64,000 nucleotides of DNA from Squalus acanthias (taxonomy: Eukaryota): assembly GCA_030390025.1 (NCBI GenBank), contig CM059438.1:17298001-17362000 (forward strand), given 5' to 3'. Below the pieces are notes generated by a model. The model worked only from the letters and a program-made list of their open reading frames with translations. It did not search any database and was not told the origin of the DNA. Positions 1 to 14,410 of the stretch are shown here, piece after piece (position 1 is the first letter of the stretch; every line of letters starts with the position of its first letter). The translations under genes were made by a program, and so were the position numbers.

Positions 1-819
1 AAAAAATCTTCAATGGCATTACAAAATATAAGAAAAAAGGGAGCTTCAAAATAATTCTTTTTTTTAAAAAACTGAACATTCATAAATATTTCAGTTTTTG
101 CTGCTAATGACCAGCTCAGGTGTCGGTGGAACAATTGGGACCTTTTGTGGAAAGGCACTTCACACACAAACGTCTTGCTAAGAACCATTCTCTACATTTT
201 CTGGGAACTTCAGCAGTTGCCTCCAGCACATTTTACAGCTGCAATCTCCCAGCACCTGACGGGTGGGTGGCTTTTATAGGCACAGTGCTGATTGGCTGAT
301 CTCTCAACCCAGCATCTCCCCAGTGTTTGCTCAGATGATACCAAGGCTTCTGCCCCGTCTAGACTCTAATCAGAGAACAATAATCAGAATGTGCCTTCTG
401 CAGCGTATTTGTATCATTTTCAGAGGTTTAAATGACTGGGGCTAACTATAGCCAGAACAATGCTATTGTCTCCCCGCAACTTGAGACTAACAAGGCACAC
501 GACAGGTGAATTACGCGTTAATGATTATATAGTGAACTGATAGAAATGTTCAAGAATCCTTTTGTTTTTCTTCTTTCCTTTCCCAGATCTGTTCAAGACT
601 TTAGGGGAAATTTTCCTGATCCTACACCTGGGCATACTGAATCACCTGGGCACAGTGACTACAGGCAATTCAGATGGGGAGGAGCACGGACTTGTAAGGA
701 AGCCCGTCAAATTTTCCTGTATTTTCTGCACCCAGGCAATCAATAGGAAATCTGCCCCACCCACTCCTTTGCTACATTACAGTTTCAGATACCAGCTGCC
801 TTCCGTTACCTCAGAAAAT

Positions 820-1060
820 CAGCCTCGACAGTGACTTTTAACCAGCTACTCAACCACGGAGGGCATCACAGCCTAGCCCAAATCTGGGCTCGCCCCTGTC
901 CACATGCAAGCATTTCCAGGAGAGGTCACTGTGCAGCAATCAAGAGTGGGATTTCTGGCCAATGTGGCCTTCCCTAAGCCAATGATACTGCTGTGCATTA
1001 CCTCTGTCCCAGATGAGATCAGCTAACACCACACGGACAGGAATCAAACTAGGGACCTTA
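820..1060 (-). mobile_element. tRNA-headed SINE fragment (abundant unassigned family, called SINE-B here)
   Basis: Reverse-complement similarity to the near full-length copy at 31671-32100 (ggcatcacagcc..ctgtcc, ccaggagaggtcactg, gagatcagctaac, ggaatcaaact); ends approximate. Confidence 0.6.
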
Positions 1061-1479
1061 ATAAAGATGGATATCATATTTAACAAAACTGTTTTCAATG
1101 ATTATTACCTTATTCAAGCTTCTTCTATTACATACATCATTAACAAGTTTTGAAACAATAACCTATCTGACTGTGCAATACAGGCAAACATAAATGGCAA
1201 AATGTGTAGCATAGGTAAAGTGGACTCACTTAGACTTTAATAGCTTTCATGGTCTATTCCTAGTTTACGTTGCAGAGGAATGTATTCTTCCCCACATCTT
1301 AACAAGAACACAAAACAATTACAGATGATATCTCGGTTTCCCTATCCAGAAAGGCTCAAAAGTCCCCACATTGTGGTGTCCAACCAATTCTTAAATGATT
1401 CCAGGGTTTTTGACTCCAGGGCTCCATCCATGAGTCCATTCTATTCATGCGATTCCTGAAGGTGCTGAATTATGGATCA

Positions 1480-1740
1480 CAGCCCTTTGGGTAATCCAAG
1501 TGGCTATTCTTGATGCAGTGAGCATAGGTAGGATACCACACCAGACCATGGGACGTGGCACAACATTCACACCCACGCACCTCCCATCAGGGGTCACAGG
1601 ATACTGAGGAGCAGCAGGGATCCTGGCTGTTATCCCCTATCCAACCCAATGGTGCTGAGGCCATTCCTACCACTGCTCCGATTCATTGTAACTCATTTCA
1701 GTACAGCCCGGGGAACAAAACTGGAGGACTTCATTACACA
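1480..1740 (-). mobile_element. SINE-B fragment
   Basis: Motifs ccaagtggctattctt, caggggtcacaggata, gcagggatcctggctg shared with other SINE-B copies. Confidence 0.5.
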
Positions 1741-3320
1741 CTGCATTTACTCCCTGAACTAATAGGAGCCAGGACTGCAGTCTATTTTGAAATGTATGGT
1801 TTGACTAGTGCCAAGTGAATGGCCATTTTTGGACCAATATACATTTGGCATTTACAAAATAATGCAGGCTCCCACTAGGCAACAATCTACTTATTTATTT
1901 GTATGAATTTGCTTTTATCCCACAAAAGTGCAGATAACAATAGAAACAAGCTGTTTCAATGCAAGTATTTCTCCTTCATACTTTATAAAAGCTTAATTTT
2001 CAAAACCAAGTTACCTCTTGCAGATAGGGTTAATATTAAGGAATAGTACTTCTGATTTTTCTGCAATATTTCAAACTAATGGTCTGAAAATCATGCGATG
2101 GGTACACCCAAATTTACAATATGCGCTTCCCAAGCGTGCAAGAATCTGCTCTAGGAGCTTAATTTGTAAAATTACCCCACGATTTGCTTAAGGTACCAGT
2201 GTTTCAGAAAATTGCTGCAATTTTCTGCTTAAAAAATTAGAAATATGGCTGCTTCTTCTTGCAGTCCCATTCTCTGCTATCTTAGCTTAAAAACTAATGT
2301 GAAGCCCTTTACTATAATTTTTGGTCTATTAAAAAAAAAACCTTTGACCTGCTCAAACTGGTGAATTAGTTAAAGCAAATAGCATTATTTTTGTGAGGAT
2401 ACATTTCAAAACCATCATCAAACAAACCAACATATCTTCTGTACATACCACCTTTTTATAGTGTTGAAGCTTTTTGCATTTCGTCAGGAAGGCAGAAACA
2501 GTTGTTGCCAGCTTACATCAGCAAAATAATTACATTAAGGGACGGAAACCCGAATTACTTGACTCCTCATTAAAGACACTCCAATACACCATGGCCTTGG
2601 AAATAACATGCATTGACTTTAATAGAAATAGTGCATAAAATATCACTGCTCTAACAAGCGCTTTGCCACAGCAAGCACTTTGTTTGGTTCCTGCATTGTT
2701 GCAGGGGATGCATTGTGTTTGTAAAATAAAAACTACATGTAAATCCCCCACAACATAAATCGCTTTAAATAAAGTTACAGAAAATATTAAGATTGGTGCC
2801 AATTCTGATAATCCTAATTAATAAATGCGACATGAGGGGCAAAGAGGAGGAGGGAAGTAGAGAGAAAGAAAGAGATAGGAGAGCACATTCTCCAGTTTCT
2901 AATGCATAGCTGCAGAGCCAACGCTATGGCAGGAACCGGGAATTCTGGCTATGTGGCCAGATCCATGACACTTTCCCATTGAGACCAATTTTCCAGGAAG
3001 TATTTTTTGAGCCCAAGTGGTCAAAGCCAAGAAGAGCCAGAGCTTTATTAAATATTGCAACGAATGTCACTGAAGTCTAGCGCAATTTTCCATCCACTTT
3101 GGGCAGAATTGAGCCGAGTGCTCCCTTTGCACCCGGGCCTGAGGGAACCTCAGAGTAATGGAGCACAGAATCTGAGCCGTTTTTAGACTTGTTTTTTGTA
3201 CATTATAGTACAGGCATCTGTTCTTAATTTTGGATGACACTTCATGAAAAAAAAATCATCAACATTTTCATTTCTTTCTCCCAACAGCATAGAATTCTTT
3301 TGTGGAATCTAAAGTAGCCA

Positions 3321-3425
3321 AAGTATTGAGATAGAGGATCAGCCGTGATCCTATTGAATGGCGGAGGAGGCTCGAAGGGCCGAATGGCCTACTCCTGCTC
3401 CTATTTTTCTATGTTTCTTTGTTTC
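3321..3425 (+). mobile_element. CR1 (HER1-type) LINE 3' tail
   Basis: gatcagccgtgatcctattgaatggcggaggaggctcgaagggccgaatggcctactcctgctcctat matches the 3' ends of the CR1 copies at 12596 and 25089 in reverse. Confidence 0.8.
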
Positions 3426-3439
3426 AATCGTTGTCTGGT

Positions 3440-3735
3440 AATACGCTGAAAGACTGACCTTAATTGAAGGGTTTACAAGATTTCAGCAGAACAGGAGAGC
3501 TGGCAAAAGGACATCGAAAAAGAGCTCTTGCAAGACCAGATGAATGGCGGCATATCAGGGAGGACAGCAGGCACCAGAGCGAGATTATCTGGACCTACCA
3601 TTATACCATTAACTGCATCTGTAGGCCTTGGCTGGGAGGAACGGGGCCCGCAGTCTTCAGGCCAGCACAGATCCAGCTGCAAATCTGTGCCGTCTGCTGC
3701 AAGGACAGCGGCTGCCAATCACAATGACGATACTG
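3440..3735 (+). mobile_element. Possible ancient RTE-clade LINE 3' relic
   Basis: SAEQESWQKDIEKEL loosely resembles the RTE C-terminal W motif; the end gccgtctgctgcaaggacagcggctgccaatcacaatgacgat resembles RTE 3' UTRs; highly degraded. Confidence 0.3.
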
Positions 3736-6700
3736 CCAGTATTGAGTCAAGGTCACCTCCTCCCTGAATTTCTTTTCCCCCAACCTCCTGCCAAGCATAT
3801 ACTGCACTGCTATTCTCTATGGATGGTGTCTTACAGGGCCAAAGGAACCCTCCTTGCAACAAGCAGCACTTCCACTTTGTCAGCCATCCAATAGGAAATT
3901 CGGGTGCTGTGCTACTCCATCACTTGCCTACATACTCTATTTCTTTCATCCACTCTTATTATTCTACCCACTGGGTTTTAGCAGTCACGTCTTCATCCCA
4001 CCCCAACAGCCGTTGGAAAGGTTGAAATATATATTTAAATAACTACAGCCTTTGTAAAGGCTAAATAATATTTTATCCCCATACGCTGCCACTTCCCTTT
4101 CAGTGGCCACATTTCTAACTTTCCACAGCAATCCTTTTAAGGGCTGCACAATTTTGCCGCCCCCTCACCCCCCACGTCCTTTGCTGAACTCCCAGCAACA
4201 GGCCCAATACGGATGGGGAGCTTCCTGTAAATATTTAATAAGGGCGAACCCCAGGAAATCCCGAGAGATTGGCCCAACTTAAAATGAGTGAGTTTTAACA
4301 GTCTGCCACTCTGTTATATTGCTGGTTTATTTAACTATTGCAGGGAATGTATCCCAAGGAGGGTGAAAATGAAGCTCGCAGAGATGAGAGAGGGGTCAGT
4401 GATGAATAAATGGGACACACAGAAAGAAGATCTGTGCTGTAACATCAATCCAACTTAAAAACAATGACTGAATTGGAGTTACAATTAATGCATTAAGCAG
4501 GTGAAAAGCATGACGAAGTGGGTGAGAAACGGTTTGTAACATGATGTATGGAGTAATCCACTAGAATAAATATGAAGATATTTGGCATACTACACACGTA
4601 TTCTCCCAGATTCTTAAAAAATAAAATCCTCCTGCCTTGTGGAACAGCTGGATCTCAACTCACAAAGTTTGCTGAAAGGGTGTAACAATAACCATGCAAC
4701 TACTCCCTGAAACTATGCAGTTCATAAATTTTTATTGTTTGCCAAGTATTGAAATCTCATTTGGGGTCATAATTCTGCCGTACTTTGTGACCCTTCCTGA
4801 TAGTGGAGCTCAAGAATTCAGCAAGGACGTGCACTGCTGGCGAAGGTGCATGTCACGCTACTGTACAAGGATTTGCTGCGCTCTAATTCACCGATACATC
4901 ATGCTATCACGTAACAGTCTGACTATTTGTTTTACCATTTCAGCTGTAATTCATATTTGTGGCTTCTGCAGATATACAACATCCACTGTGACTGCAGCAT
5001 CTGTTCAGCAGTTGTACCGAATTTGATACCCACGCTAGGTTTTTGTGGCATTACATTATTCAAATACCCCTTCAGGTTACAGAGGCATTTTCATACAAAT
5101 AGTAAAAAACTGTTGAGGGCAACCGATCTAAAATATTGTCCTCAAGGATTACAGAAATGACCGATTCAGTGCTATAATGCCTGAAGGCGAACGCTGTGAA
5201 CAGTATTGTACACCAGAGACCAATCCTGGGAAATGAGAACAAATAATGAAATCTCTTTGCCAGAGAACCACATTTTTTTTTATTATAGCCCTGTGATATA
5301 GTTACTTAATCATATATTACAGCAGTAAGAGTATAAGCGCCAAGAATAAGTTACTATTTTACAGTTTCAATGCAGATGGCAGTAGTTTCTTTGGGCACCG
5401 TTATTGAAATAGCACCAGTAGTATTACCACATGGAGCTGCCAAGCCCGGGTTACACTGCTGGGTTAACAATGGTCTCTGTTAAAGGAAAATAGAGTTCAG
5501 TGCATGTATGCAAGCACGAATACGTAGAGCTCTGCTGACCAGCGTCTGAATGCCAGTTAAATTTTAATGTTAACGTGTTGATAGAACAGTTGGTCCTTTA
5601 TTTCTAATCTTTTTAATGTTAACAATGTTTAAAAAAGTTCCTATCCAACTGGCTGCCTAGGAACTTTTTGAATTGTCCTTTGTGTGGTTGCAGTTCTGGT
5701 GCAAAGCCAAACTGGTGCCAATCTATGCCCTAAATTTGGGCAACTTTACATCCAAAGTACAATATACAGTGTGTGTCAATGCAAAGGCAAAGCCACTTTA
5801 CATCAGTGCAACTTGCATAGTAAAAGAGGCTTATTTATTGCTTCCTATGATATTATTGTTCTACGGAGAATTATTAATAATCTACAAATACTGGCTACTT
5901 TTGCACATCCTGCTCCAACCCCTTGGATTAGAGATGTGCTTAGAGCTAAAACTTGAGGTCAATGGTGAAATCTAAAGATTCATTCTGTACTTTGGGCAGT
6001 AACTCAGCATTCATTGGTAGATAACTAGAGTCAATATTTGTTTTATTGTATTCTCTACCCGAGTGAGTAGGGAACAGATGGGAGGGGAGTTTAACATGCA
6101 CATTTGGCAGAATGGAAGATCTGATCTAAAGTCACTCACCTGTGTATTTAAAAGGGTTATATAGTGTTCACTGTTACCGATACTTAAACACACACAGCTG
6201 GGAACATTATTACACAGATTAGTGGAATGACATGATTACTCATTATAAGTAATCTCATTTCGGTCACAAATATTTCCTCTAAATTAATTTGGGTTATGTA
6301 GGTACCAACTTTTTATTTTGCCACTTTTCAATCGAACCCACCCGTACTCAACTCTTTGCCTGCTCACTGTCAGGGTCAAATTCCCCAGTTTTGCCTTGTA
6401 TACACATTTCAAACACTCTTGCCCACTCCTTCTGAGTCCTCTCTATTGCTACTCCGACCTAATTCACTCTCTCTCTCTTAGGATTGGCCATACAAAAAAA
6501 AAGAGAATTATAGGGCCACGACTATTTCAGCATCCTGAATACTACTGTAGAGAATACTCTGCTTTTACTGGTGCTGATAATGAGCTGATGGTCTCAAAAG
6601 GTAGGACTGGGTATGGTATGCCAGAGGAGGTCAGAAATAATATGAAGTTGATTTATGAGGGGAGGGCATTACCTTGCGAAGCATGGTGTTGTCTTATCTG

Positions 6701-7489
6701 TGCGTACACAATGTTCACCAAATAACTAAATAGGCAAGGATGCAGGCCTGTGCTGTACGTTGAACGCACTCTGTGCCATCTGACACCGAGCTTAGGAGAC
6801 ACTTTCTCTGAGGTTATGGAGTCACGTGCTTGAGAAGATTTTCCCAATCCGCGTTTTAATGTGGTATGAAACCATGGATTTAGCAAAGCACTTGGCACAA
6901 AGTTGAAGGAAAGGGTCACTGGGGAACCTAGCCAATGTTTCTATTCTGGACGATATGGAAGATTGCTTGTTAAGAGTTTCAGCTCATGTGCTGTTTCTTT
7001 CCCTCACATGAAGGGTGTTGTCAGGGCACTTGCAAAGAACCTCTCAAAGGATTATAAAACAAGTTTTGCCACAGCAATTCTCTGGTGCCTAGAGGATTTA
7101 GGATGTCAATGTTGAGGAAGGAACCTATTTTGGAATTTAACTCATCAGATAAAGACATAGTCTGGATTGGACCCTGTGCAGATATCCTCACATTTAAAAA
7201 TAAACTGTCAATGACGTTCAACTACAGAAACTAAGAGCTGGGTAGTGCAGTGAGTAATTTAGTCTGATGGTATGACGTGGTTTAATTCTAGGAAAACCAC
7301 TACTCCCAAGTTATGTATTGTATACCACACCTTATTGCTTTACTTTTAGGATTAACTTGCCCGCACCTCTTGAAAGCACAAGGCACTGAGGCACAGTTCC
7401 ATTGTGGGGAGGTTGGGGGGGGGGGGGGGTGGGTAGGGGGGCAGCTGCCCTCAGCTTGCTCAATTGACCATTTTTTAATGTGGGAACTA

Positions 7490-7770
7490 ACCCAGTGTTG
7501 ACAGACTATTCCACCATAAGGGGCATCATAGCAAAGCCCAATCCTGTTCTCACTTACGACCCACACACACGCACTTTCTAGTGAAACTCTGGCTTTCGCC
7601 TTTCCTAACGCAGAGGCACAGAGATCATTTTGTAATGGCTCAAGTCTTGCTCTGATTGAGATCAATTAATTCAGGACGAAACAAGGACTGAACCTGGGAC
7701 TTTTCTGGTTTTTAAAGCGGGTACATTTTTACTTGGTCAGTGCAATTGCTAAGTGAGTCATTGGGGAAAC
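7490..7770 (-). mobile_element. SINE-B fragment
   Basis: ggcatcatagc..atcctgttctcac, gcactttcta, gagatcaattaattcag, gaacctgggact motifs. Confidence 0.55.
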
Positions 7771-8049
7771 TTTAGATTAAAATATTTTTAATTTGAAGTA
7801 ATGACCATTATGAGTGGATCTAATTTTCTACAGGCCATATGGTTGGCGTGAGGATAACACTGATCAAATCTTGTGATGAAGTTTGTCTGTTGCTGCTAAT
7901 TTAATCTCTGGAGCCTCAGTTTCTATCTTCATGGCCTCCAGTTCACATTCAGGAAAGCTCCAAATAGGATTCTGTTGTAATCTCTGCAGCCCATGTTAAA
8001 TGGGTCAGAGCTGATGTTTTAGATTCGCCCCTGGTCAATACCCTTTGTT

Positions 8050-8314
8050 TTCCTTTTTCTACCAGCTTTCTCCCTTTTCTATCCTCCACTTTTCTTGAAC
8101 GCATTAACTCCTGGTGGTGTACAATTCCTCAGACACTGCCTGCCTTCTGGTACCTCACCCAAGTGACCATGCTTTTTGTGAGCCAAATAGCAAACTCTGA
8201 CCGGTTAATTGACCATAGGGGAAATCACACTGTAGCACAAATGTATCCCAACACAGACATCGACACAGACACACACACAAGAAGCAGAGGTCAAATGGTG
8301 GCAAATCAGAACCA
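8050..8314 (-). mobile_element. SINE-B 3' half (interrupted by L2; continues at 10079-10252)
   Basis: ggtacctcacccaagtgacc and gcagaggtca..aatcag motifs; the sequence resumes after the L2. Confidence 0.6.
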
Positions 8315-10078
8315 ACAACAACAACTTGTATTTATATAGCACCTTTAATGTAGCAAAACCTCCCAAGGCGCTTCACAGGAGTGTTAGAAGACAAAAAAAT
8401 GGAGACCGAGCCATATAAGGAGAAATTAGGGCAGGTGACCAAAAGCTTGATCAAAGAGGTAGGTTTTAAGGAGCAGCTTAAAGGAGGAAAGAAAGGTAAA
8501 GAGGCGGAGAGGTTTAGTGAAGGAATTCCAGAGCTTAGGGCCTAGGCAACCGAAGGCACGGCCACCAATGGTTGAGCGATTATAATCAGGGATACTCAAG
8601 AGGGCAGAATTAGAGGAGCGCAGATATCTCGGGGGGTTGTGGGGCTGGAGGAGATTACAGAGATAGGGAGGGGTGAGGCCATGGAGGGATCTGAAAACAA
8701 GGATGAGAATTTTGAAATCGAGGAGCTGCTTAACTGGGAGCCAATGTAGGTCAGCGAGCACAGGGGCGATGGGCGAACGGGACTTGGTGCAGTTAGGACA
8801 CAGGCAGCTGAATTTTGGATACCTCAAGTTTACGTAAGGTAGAATGTGGAAAGCCAGCCAGGAGTGTGTTGGAATAGTCAAATCTAGAGGTAACAAAGGC
8901 ACGGATGAGGGTTTCAGCAGCAGATGAGCTGAGGCAAGGACGGAGACGGGCGATGTTACGGAGGTGGAAGTAGGCGGTCTTTGTTATGCTGCGGATATGT
9001 GGTCGGAAGCTCATTTCAGGGTCAAATATGACACCAAGGTTACGAACAGTGTGGTTCAGCCTCAGACAGGTGTTCAGGAGAGGGATGGAGTCAGTGGCTA
9101 GGGAATGGAGTTTGTGGCGGGGACCGAAAACAATGGCTTTGGTCTTCCCAATATTTAATTGGAGAAAATTTCTGCTCATCCAGAACAGGTGACAATTTAG
9201 AGAACGTGGAGAGGTCGAGAGAAGTGGTGGTGAGGTAGAGCTGGGTGTCATCAGCATACATGTGGAAACTGATGCTGTGTTTTCAGATGATGTTGCCAAG
9301 GTGCAGCATGTAGGTGAGAAATAGGAGGGGGCCCAAGGATAGATCCTTGGGGACACCAGAGGTAACGATGCGGGAGCGGGAAGAGAAGCCATTGCAGGTG
9401 ATTCTCTGGCTACGATTAGATAGATAAGAATGGAACCAAGCGAGTGCAGTCCCACTCAGCTGGACAACGGTGGAGAGGCATTGGAGGAAGATGAAGTGGG
9501 CAACCATGTCAAAGGCTGCAGACAAGTCAAGAAGGATAAGGAAGGATAGTTTATCTTTGTCACCGTCACAAAGGATGTCCTTTGTGACTTTGTTGAGAGT
9601 CGTTTCGGTACTGTGGCGGGGCGGAAACCTGGCGGAGGGATTCAAACATGGAGTTGCGGGAAAGATGGGCACGGATTTGGGAGGCGACAACACGTTCAAG
9701 GACTTGAGAGGAAAGGGAGGTTGGAGATGGGGCGGTAGTTTGCAAGGACGGAGGGGTCAAGGGTTGTTTTTTTTGAGGAGAGGGGTGATGACGGCAGATT
9801 TGAGGGAGAGGGGGACAGTACATGAGGATAGGGAACCGTTAGTGTCAGCTAACATGGGAGCCAGTAAAGGAAGTTGGGTGGTCAGCAGTTTGGTGAGAAT
9901 AGGGTCGAGGGAGCAGGAAATGGGTCTCATCGACAAGATGTCGTGAGGGGAAATCAGAGAGAAACTGGAGAAAGACGCAAGTTCAGGGCTAGGGCAGGGG
10001 GAAACCTTAAAGGAAATTTGGCCTGGTGGGCTAGGGGAAGGAAGGGAAGTGGCAGAGGCAGCTGAATGGATGGCCTCA
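8315..10078 (-). mobile_element. L2 LINE, 5'-truncated, frameshifted RT
   Basis: Minus ORFs give HSTETTLNKV, LILLDLSAAFD, SGVP..LGPLLF, NFLQLNIGKTK, LHWLPVK, GPKLWNS, LKTYLF; L2 tail (aca)n ttgtatttatatagcacc; flanked by AACCA (8310-8314, 10079-10083). Confidence 0.95.
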
Positions 10079-10252
10079 AACCAGGAAGCTTGGTAGATTT
10101 TTGCCTCACTAATTCAGAAGTGGTGAAGCCAACTGTAGCATCTGCAGTGCCACACTGACTGAGATTAGCTAGACCAGGAATCAAACATGGCACCTAATGC
10201 TCAGAATGGTTGAGCTCCACGCTGGCTTTACCACATGAGCTATTAGGGAGCT
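10079..10252 (-). mobile_element. SINE-B 5' half
   Basis: ccaggaagcttggtagatttt, gccaactgtagc, gagattagct, ccaggaatcaaac, tttaccacatgagc motifs. Confidence 0.55.
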
Positions 10253-10389
10253 CAGTACCTTTAATGGAAAAATACAAGTTCTAAAAAAGTTACATTTAAT
10301 ACACTGAAGTATCTAATTTCCAGCACAAATTCATCTTTGGATAATTTAATTCAATGCACAACCATATATAAAGAGATGGGAGGAGGAAT

Positions 10390-11243
10390 TCTGGAATTAG
10401 CAAAGGGCTGCGGGGTAGGGGGTGGGGGGTGGAGGGGGCGAGAGGAAACAGATGGCGCAGGAGGCCATTCCCACAGCACATCTTCAGGGAGCACTTCTCC
10501 TACCTCAACATCATTGAGCAGCAATATGCGAGTTACCTAAGCAACACCAAGGAGGCTGTCATCGAGCTATGCCAACTGCTGCAGTCACAACTGGAGCCCC
10601 AAACCAGGGCACGGACAGAACTGCCTGTGGCTGTCAAGGTCACCCTGGCCCTTAACTTTGTTGTGACGGTCATTCCAGGCTACAGCAAGTGATATCATTT
10701 TGCTGTGCACTGTGGCATTGGGGAGGTGACGGAGGCTCTCTACACCAGGAGGAACACATAAATCACAGTCCCCATGGACGGAGCGAAGCAGGACAAGAGA
10801 GCACTAAGTTTCGCCCGCATTGCAGGGTACAAGGTGCCATAGATTGCATCCACATTTCCCTGCATGCTATCCATCACTAGCCTGGTATTTTTGTTAATAG
10901 AAAGGGATATCACTCCCTGAATGTGCAGCTTGCTTGCGACCACATGCAGTGCATCATGCAGGGCTCCAAAGTGGCATCGGAGAACCTGGGGGCCTGATCT
11001 ACAGCTTTTGTAGCCATTATTCGACTTCGGAAGCTTTCCCTCTTGTCTGCAGCCAGAGTACATCTCCCCTTTAAGAGTTGCAGACTGCCTTTAAGCGGTG
11101 TCAGAGACGCCCGATTTCCCACGCCCCAAACAGGCATGCAGCCAATAAGCAGTATAATGAGCTTCCAGCGCCAATTTCACGTGGCCCCTGCATGTGCTCC
11201 ACACCCACGCGCCTGTTTTCAGGCATGATTGAATTTCTAGGTC
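10390..11243 (+). mobile_element. PIF/Harbinger DNA transposon relic with HARBI1-like DDE transposase fragment
   Basis: RRRPFPQHIFREHFSYL..KEAVIELCQLL..LPVAVKVTLALNF, VQGAIDCIHI and NRKGYHSLNVQLACD across frameshifts; right end gaatttctaggtc resembles the MITE termini in this window. Confidence 0.88.
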
Positions 11244-11560
11244 GAGATGTTAAACTGAGGCCCCGTCTTCTCAGGTGGACGTAAAGGATCCCCTGGCACT
11301 ATTCGAAGAGGAGCTGGGGATGGATTTCTCTCAGTGTCCTGGCCAATATTTAACTGTCAACCACCATCACTAAAACAGATTATCTGGTCATTATCACATT
11401 GCTGTTTATGGAACCTTACTGTGCAGAAATTGGCTGCTGTGTTTCCCTACATCACAAGAGTGACTGCACTTCAAAAGTACTTCATTAACTGTGAAGTGCT
11501 TTGGGCTGTACCAAGGTTACGAAAGGCGCTATATAAATTCATGTTTCTCTTTCTTTATCC
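11244..11560 (+). mobile_element. Deu-domain SINE (SacSINE1-like), 5'-truncated, L2-type tail
   Basis: gagatgttaaactgaggcccc..caggtggacgtaaaggatccc..ggcactatt; tail gtgaagtgctttggg..gaaaggcgctatataaat. Confidence 0.8.
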
Positions 11561-12595
11561 TTCCCCTTATAAAAAAAACTTTTCATTTTTTTTCCCTTTG
11601 TAAAAAACCTCGTAACCAACAATAAACTTAGCCACTTCAATTTTAAGTAACAATATTAATAAAATGTACAGAAAATACATTTTCCTCGCTGAGGTGTAAC
11701 AACGCACTGGGCCGCAGAGAATTAAGATATGACTTTGAAACTGGGATTTTCCACAGGGTATATTCCTAATCTCGGGTGTGCTTGGCAGGGTGAGCTGCTA
11801 GAGTGGAGACGAGGGAAAATTTGCTGTTGTCAGATGCACCTAATGGCCATTCACACAGCAAAAAAAGACACAAGTTGGTGGGAAGTGGGCAAGGGAAGAG
11901 TTAGAGAAGAAACAGAAAAAACATGCATTTTGACAGTTGAGAATGCAATTTAGTACTCGGAGTGGAATATCCCCTTAGAGAACTCGAGACTATTACAGAT
12001 TGATATGTAGCACTGGAATCTTTTTCTCTTTTTGAGAATTAAGTCACACTTGGTGCACCATTGCCCTAAACAAGCTCCTACAGGAACAACAGATATATCA
12101 TAAAAATATGAATAATTACTGCAACTTTCTGGTTGTTAAGGGCTAAAATCCTCTGCCTGGGTTTGCAGTACAGGCCCCTAGTGTTACTTTCGCTGCAGCA
12201 CTTCAGTGATTCTGGTGTTTTTGTTAAGAGACATCAGAAGACAACAAAACTAACATTGCTAAAAAAAAATTGATCATTTTTCAATGTATTGCCTCCTGAG
12301 TTCTAATGTACAAATAACTGTGGCCAGTCTAATGCTGGAGTTATTATAGCTGAGACTGGTTGCTGCACAGTGCGATTCACAGCTGGCAGTACTCTAATCA
12401 TGCTGCACATTGCAAATAGCACACTCCAACTTGCTTGCACATGTGGCAAACTCTTCTCATAGCTGCTACATTTGAATAGTTTGAGAGCAAGACCCTTGAC
12501 TTTCTTAAAATATATATTTTTTAAAACTTTGTTTAAATTTATAAATGGTCCAGGAGATCCTTTTACATGCCTAGCTTGATAGTAGAGTGGAATAT

Positions 12596-13144
12596 AAGAA
12601 CGTAAGAAATAGGAGCAGTATTAGGCCATATGGCCTCTCGAGCCTGCTCCGCCATTCAATAAAATCATGGCTGATCTTCTACCTTAACTCCACTTTCCCG
12701 CACTATCCCCATATCCCTCGATTCCCTGAGTGTCCAAAAATCTATCGATCTCAGTCTTGAATATACTCAACGACTGAGCATCCACAGCCCTCTGGGGTAG
12801 AGAATTCCAAAGATTCACCACCCTCTGAGTGAAGACATTTCTCCTCATCTTGGTCCTAAATGGCCGATCCCTTATCCTGAGAATATGACCCCTAGTTCCA
12901 GACTCTCCAGCCAGGGGGAACAGCCTCTCAGCATCTACCCGGTCAAGCCCTCTCAGAATCTTATATGTTTCAATGAGATCACCTCTCATTCTTCTAAACG
13001 CCAGAGAGTATAGGCCCATTCTACTCAATCTCTCCTCATAGGACAGCCCTCTCATCCCAGGAATCAATCTAGTGAACCTTCGTTGCACCCCCTCCAAGGC
13101 AAGTATATCCTTCCTTGGGTAAGGTGAACAAAACTGTGCACAGT
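12596..13144 (-). mobile_element. CR1 (HER1-type) LINE 3' fragment
   Basis: ORF 12684-13097 EGVQRRFTRLIPG..RRMRGDLIETYKI..RVVNLWNSLP plus the typical 3' tail. Confidence 0.95.
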
Positions 13145-13324
13145 GCAGGAGTGGAGTTATACTTCATACAATATCAGGGTTCGCACTTGACTACACTTTG
13201 GAGTAAAATTCGGACCGAACTCCGTCACTTTTGCTTGACTGCAAAGCAATGCCAAATGGCAGTATAAGTGCACTAAGAATACACAAGTTTAACTCCTACC
13301 AATAGAGTAATAGAACATACACTG

Positions 13325-13500
13325 ATATATTGCCTTTCACGTTCTCAGGATGGCTCCAAGTGCCAAGTGTTTCACAGCCAATGAATGGGTTTTAAAGTGT
13401 AATCACTGTTATGTAACCAACCATGTCGGCCAATTTGTGCACAGCAAGGTCCGGCAAACAGTCATGAGATAAGTGACCAGTTAATTTGTTTTGATGGCGT
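13325..13500 (-). mobile_element. Deu-domain SINE 3' fragment
   Basis: Reverse match to 11400-11545 (gcctttcac, tttcacagccaatgaa, gccaatttgtgcacagcaag). Confidence 0.65.
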
Positions 13501-14410
13501 TGGTTAGGCCCAAATGGCTGCCCTTGGCTTATAAATGAACTCCAGCTAAAATAAATATGGACAGACAGTGGGACCACACAATGCAGAATTTATTCCACCA
13601 GTAAGAATCGGTAACTCAGAAGTGACAAAGTCACAAAGGATTGCGTTAAAAATTGAGTATTTTCTGCATTTGACAGTTGGCTCAAGTATTCCATTTGCAT
13701 TTTATATAATGAAACATTAAATTATGAAAGCAACAGACTGCTTTTTTTGTTTTATCCGGTAACAGATATTTATCATGCTGTCTATATATCCACATGTATT
13801 GTATATTTTTATGGTTCTTATGCAATTCTCAGAAAAGTATTTTCTTGAGCAGTTAATATTTAAACAGGGAACCAATCCAAAAATCAAATACAAAGCAGTA
13901 CATTTTTTTTTCTTTGTTTCTTAATTTTTTTGGATACATAGTCACCATACCCTTTTCTAACCTGGGGTGCTGCGAATGAAGCCTATTCTGGATGATATTT
14001 TCTCCTTTTCATGTAAACATTCAAACAAATAAAGTTATAGGAATTTGAACATTCACTCGACGTGAAAGGGAAATCTGCTGTTTGTGCACATAAAACTAAA
14101 GTTAGTTTATCGCATAGTTAATCTCGGCCTTCGACTGAGACTGTTGGTCTAGGTGTGTGTAGCCTGACTGAAAACAGGCTGCTGTCAGGCTGGAGCCTGT
14201 GGTGTCAGCCCCACCTACATTATTGAGTAACAGTTCCAGAGTTAAACAAATATATCAAACTTTACATTAATACAGATCAGTAATTAAACAGAATTGGAAG
14301 TGGATGCCCCCGCGAAGGGGTACTTTGGAAAAAGTTTTAAAAAAAAGCAATGTAGGGCATTAAGGCTTTAATATCCTGACTCCATGGCCGAAACTATGCA
14401 TTTTTCTTTA

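Noticed and set aside
587-693. Plus-strand acceptor/donor pair with open frames
   Set aside because: No recognisable product, contains MITE-like ggggaaattttcc, and no partner exons.
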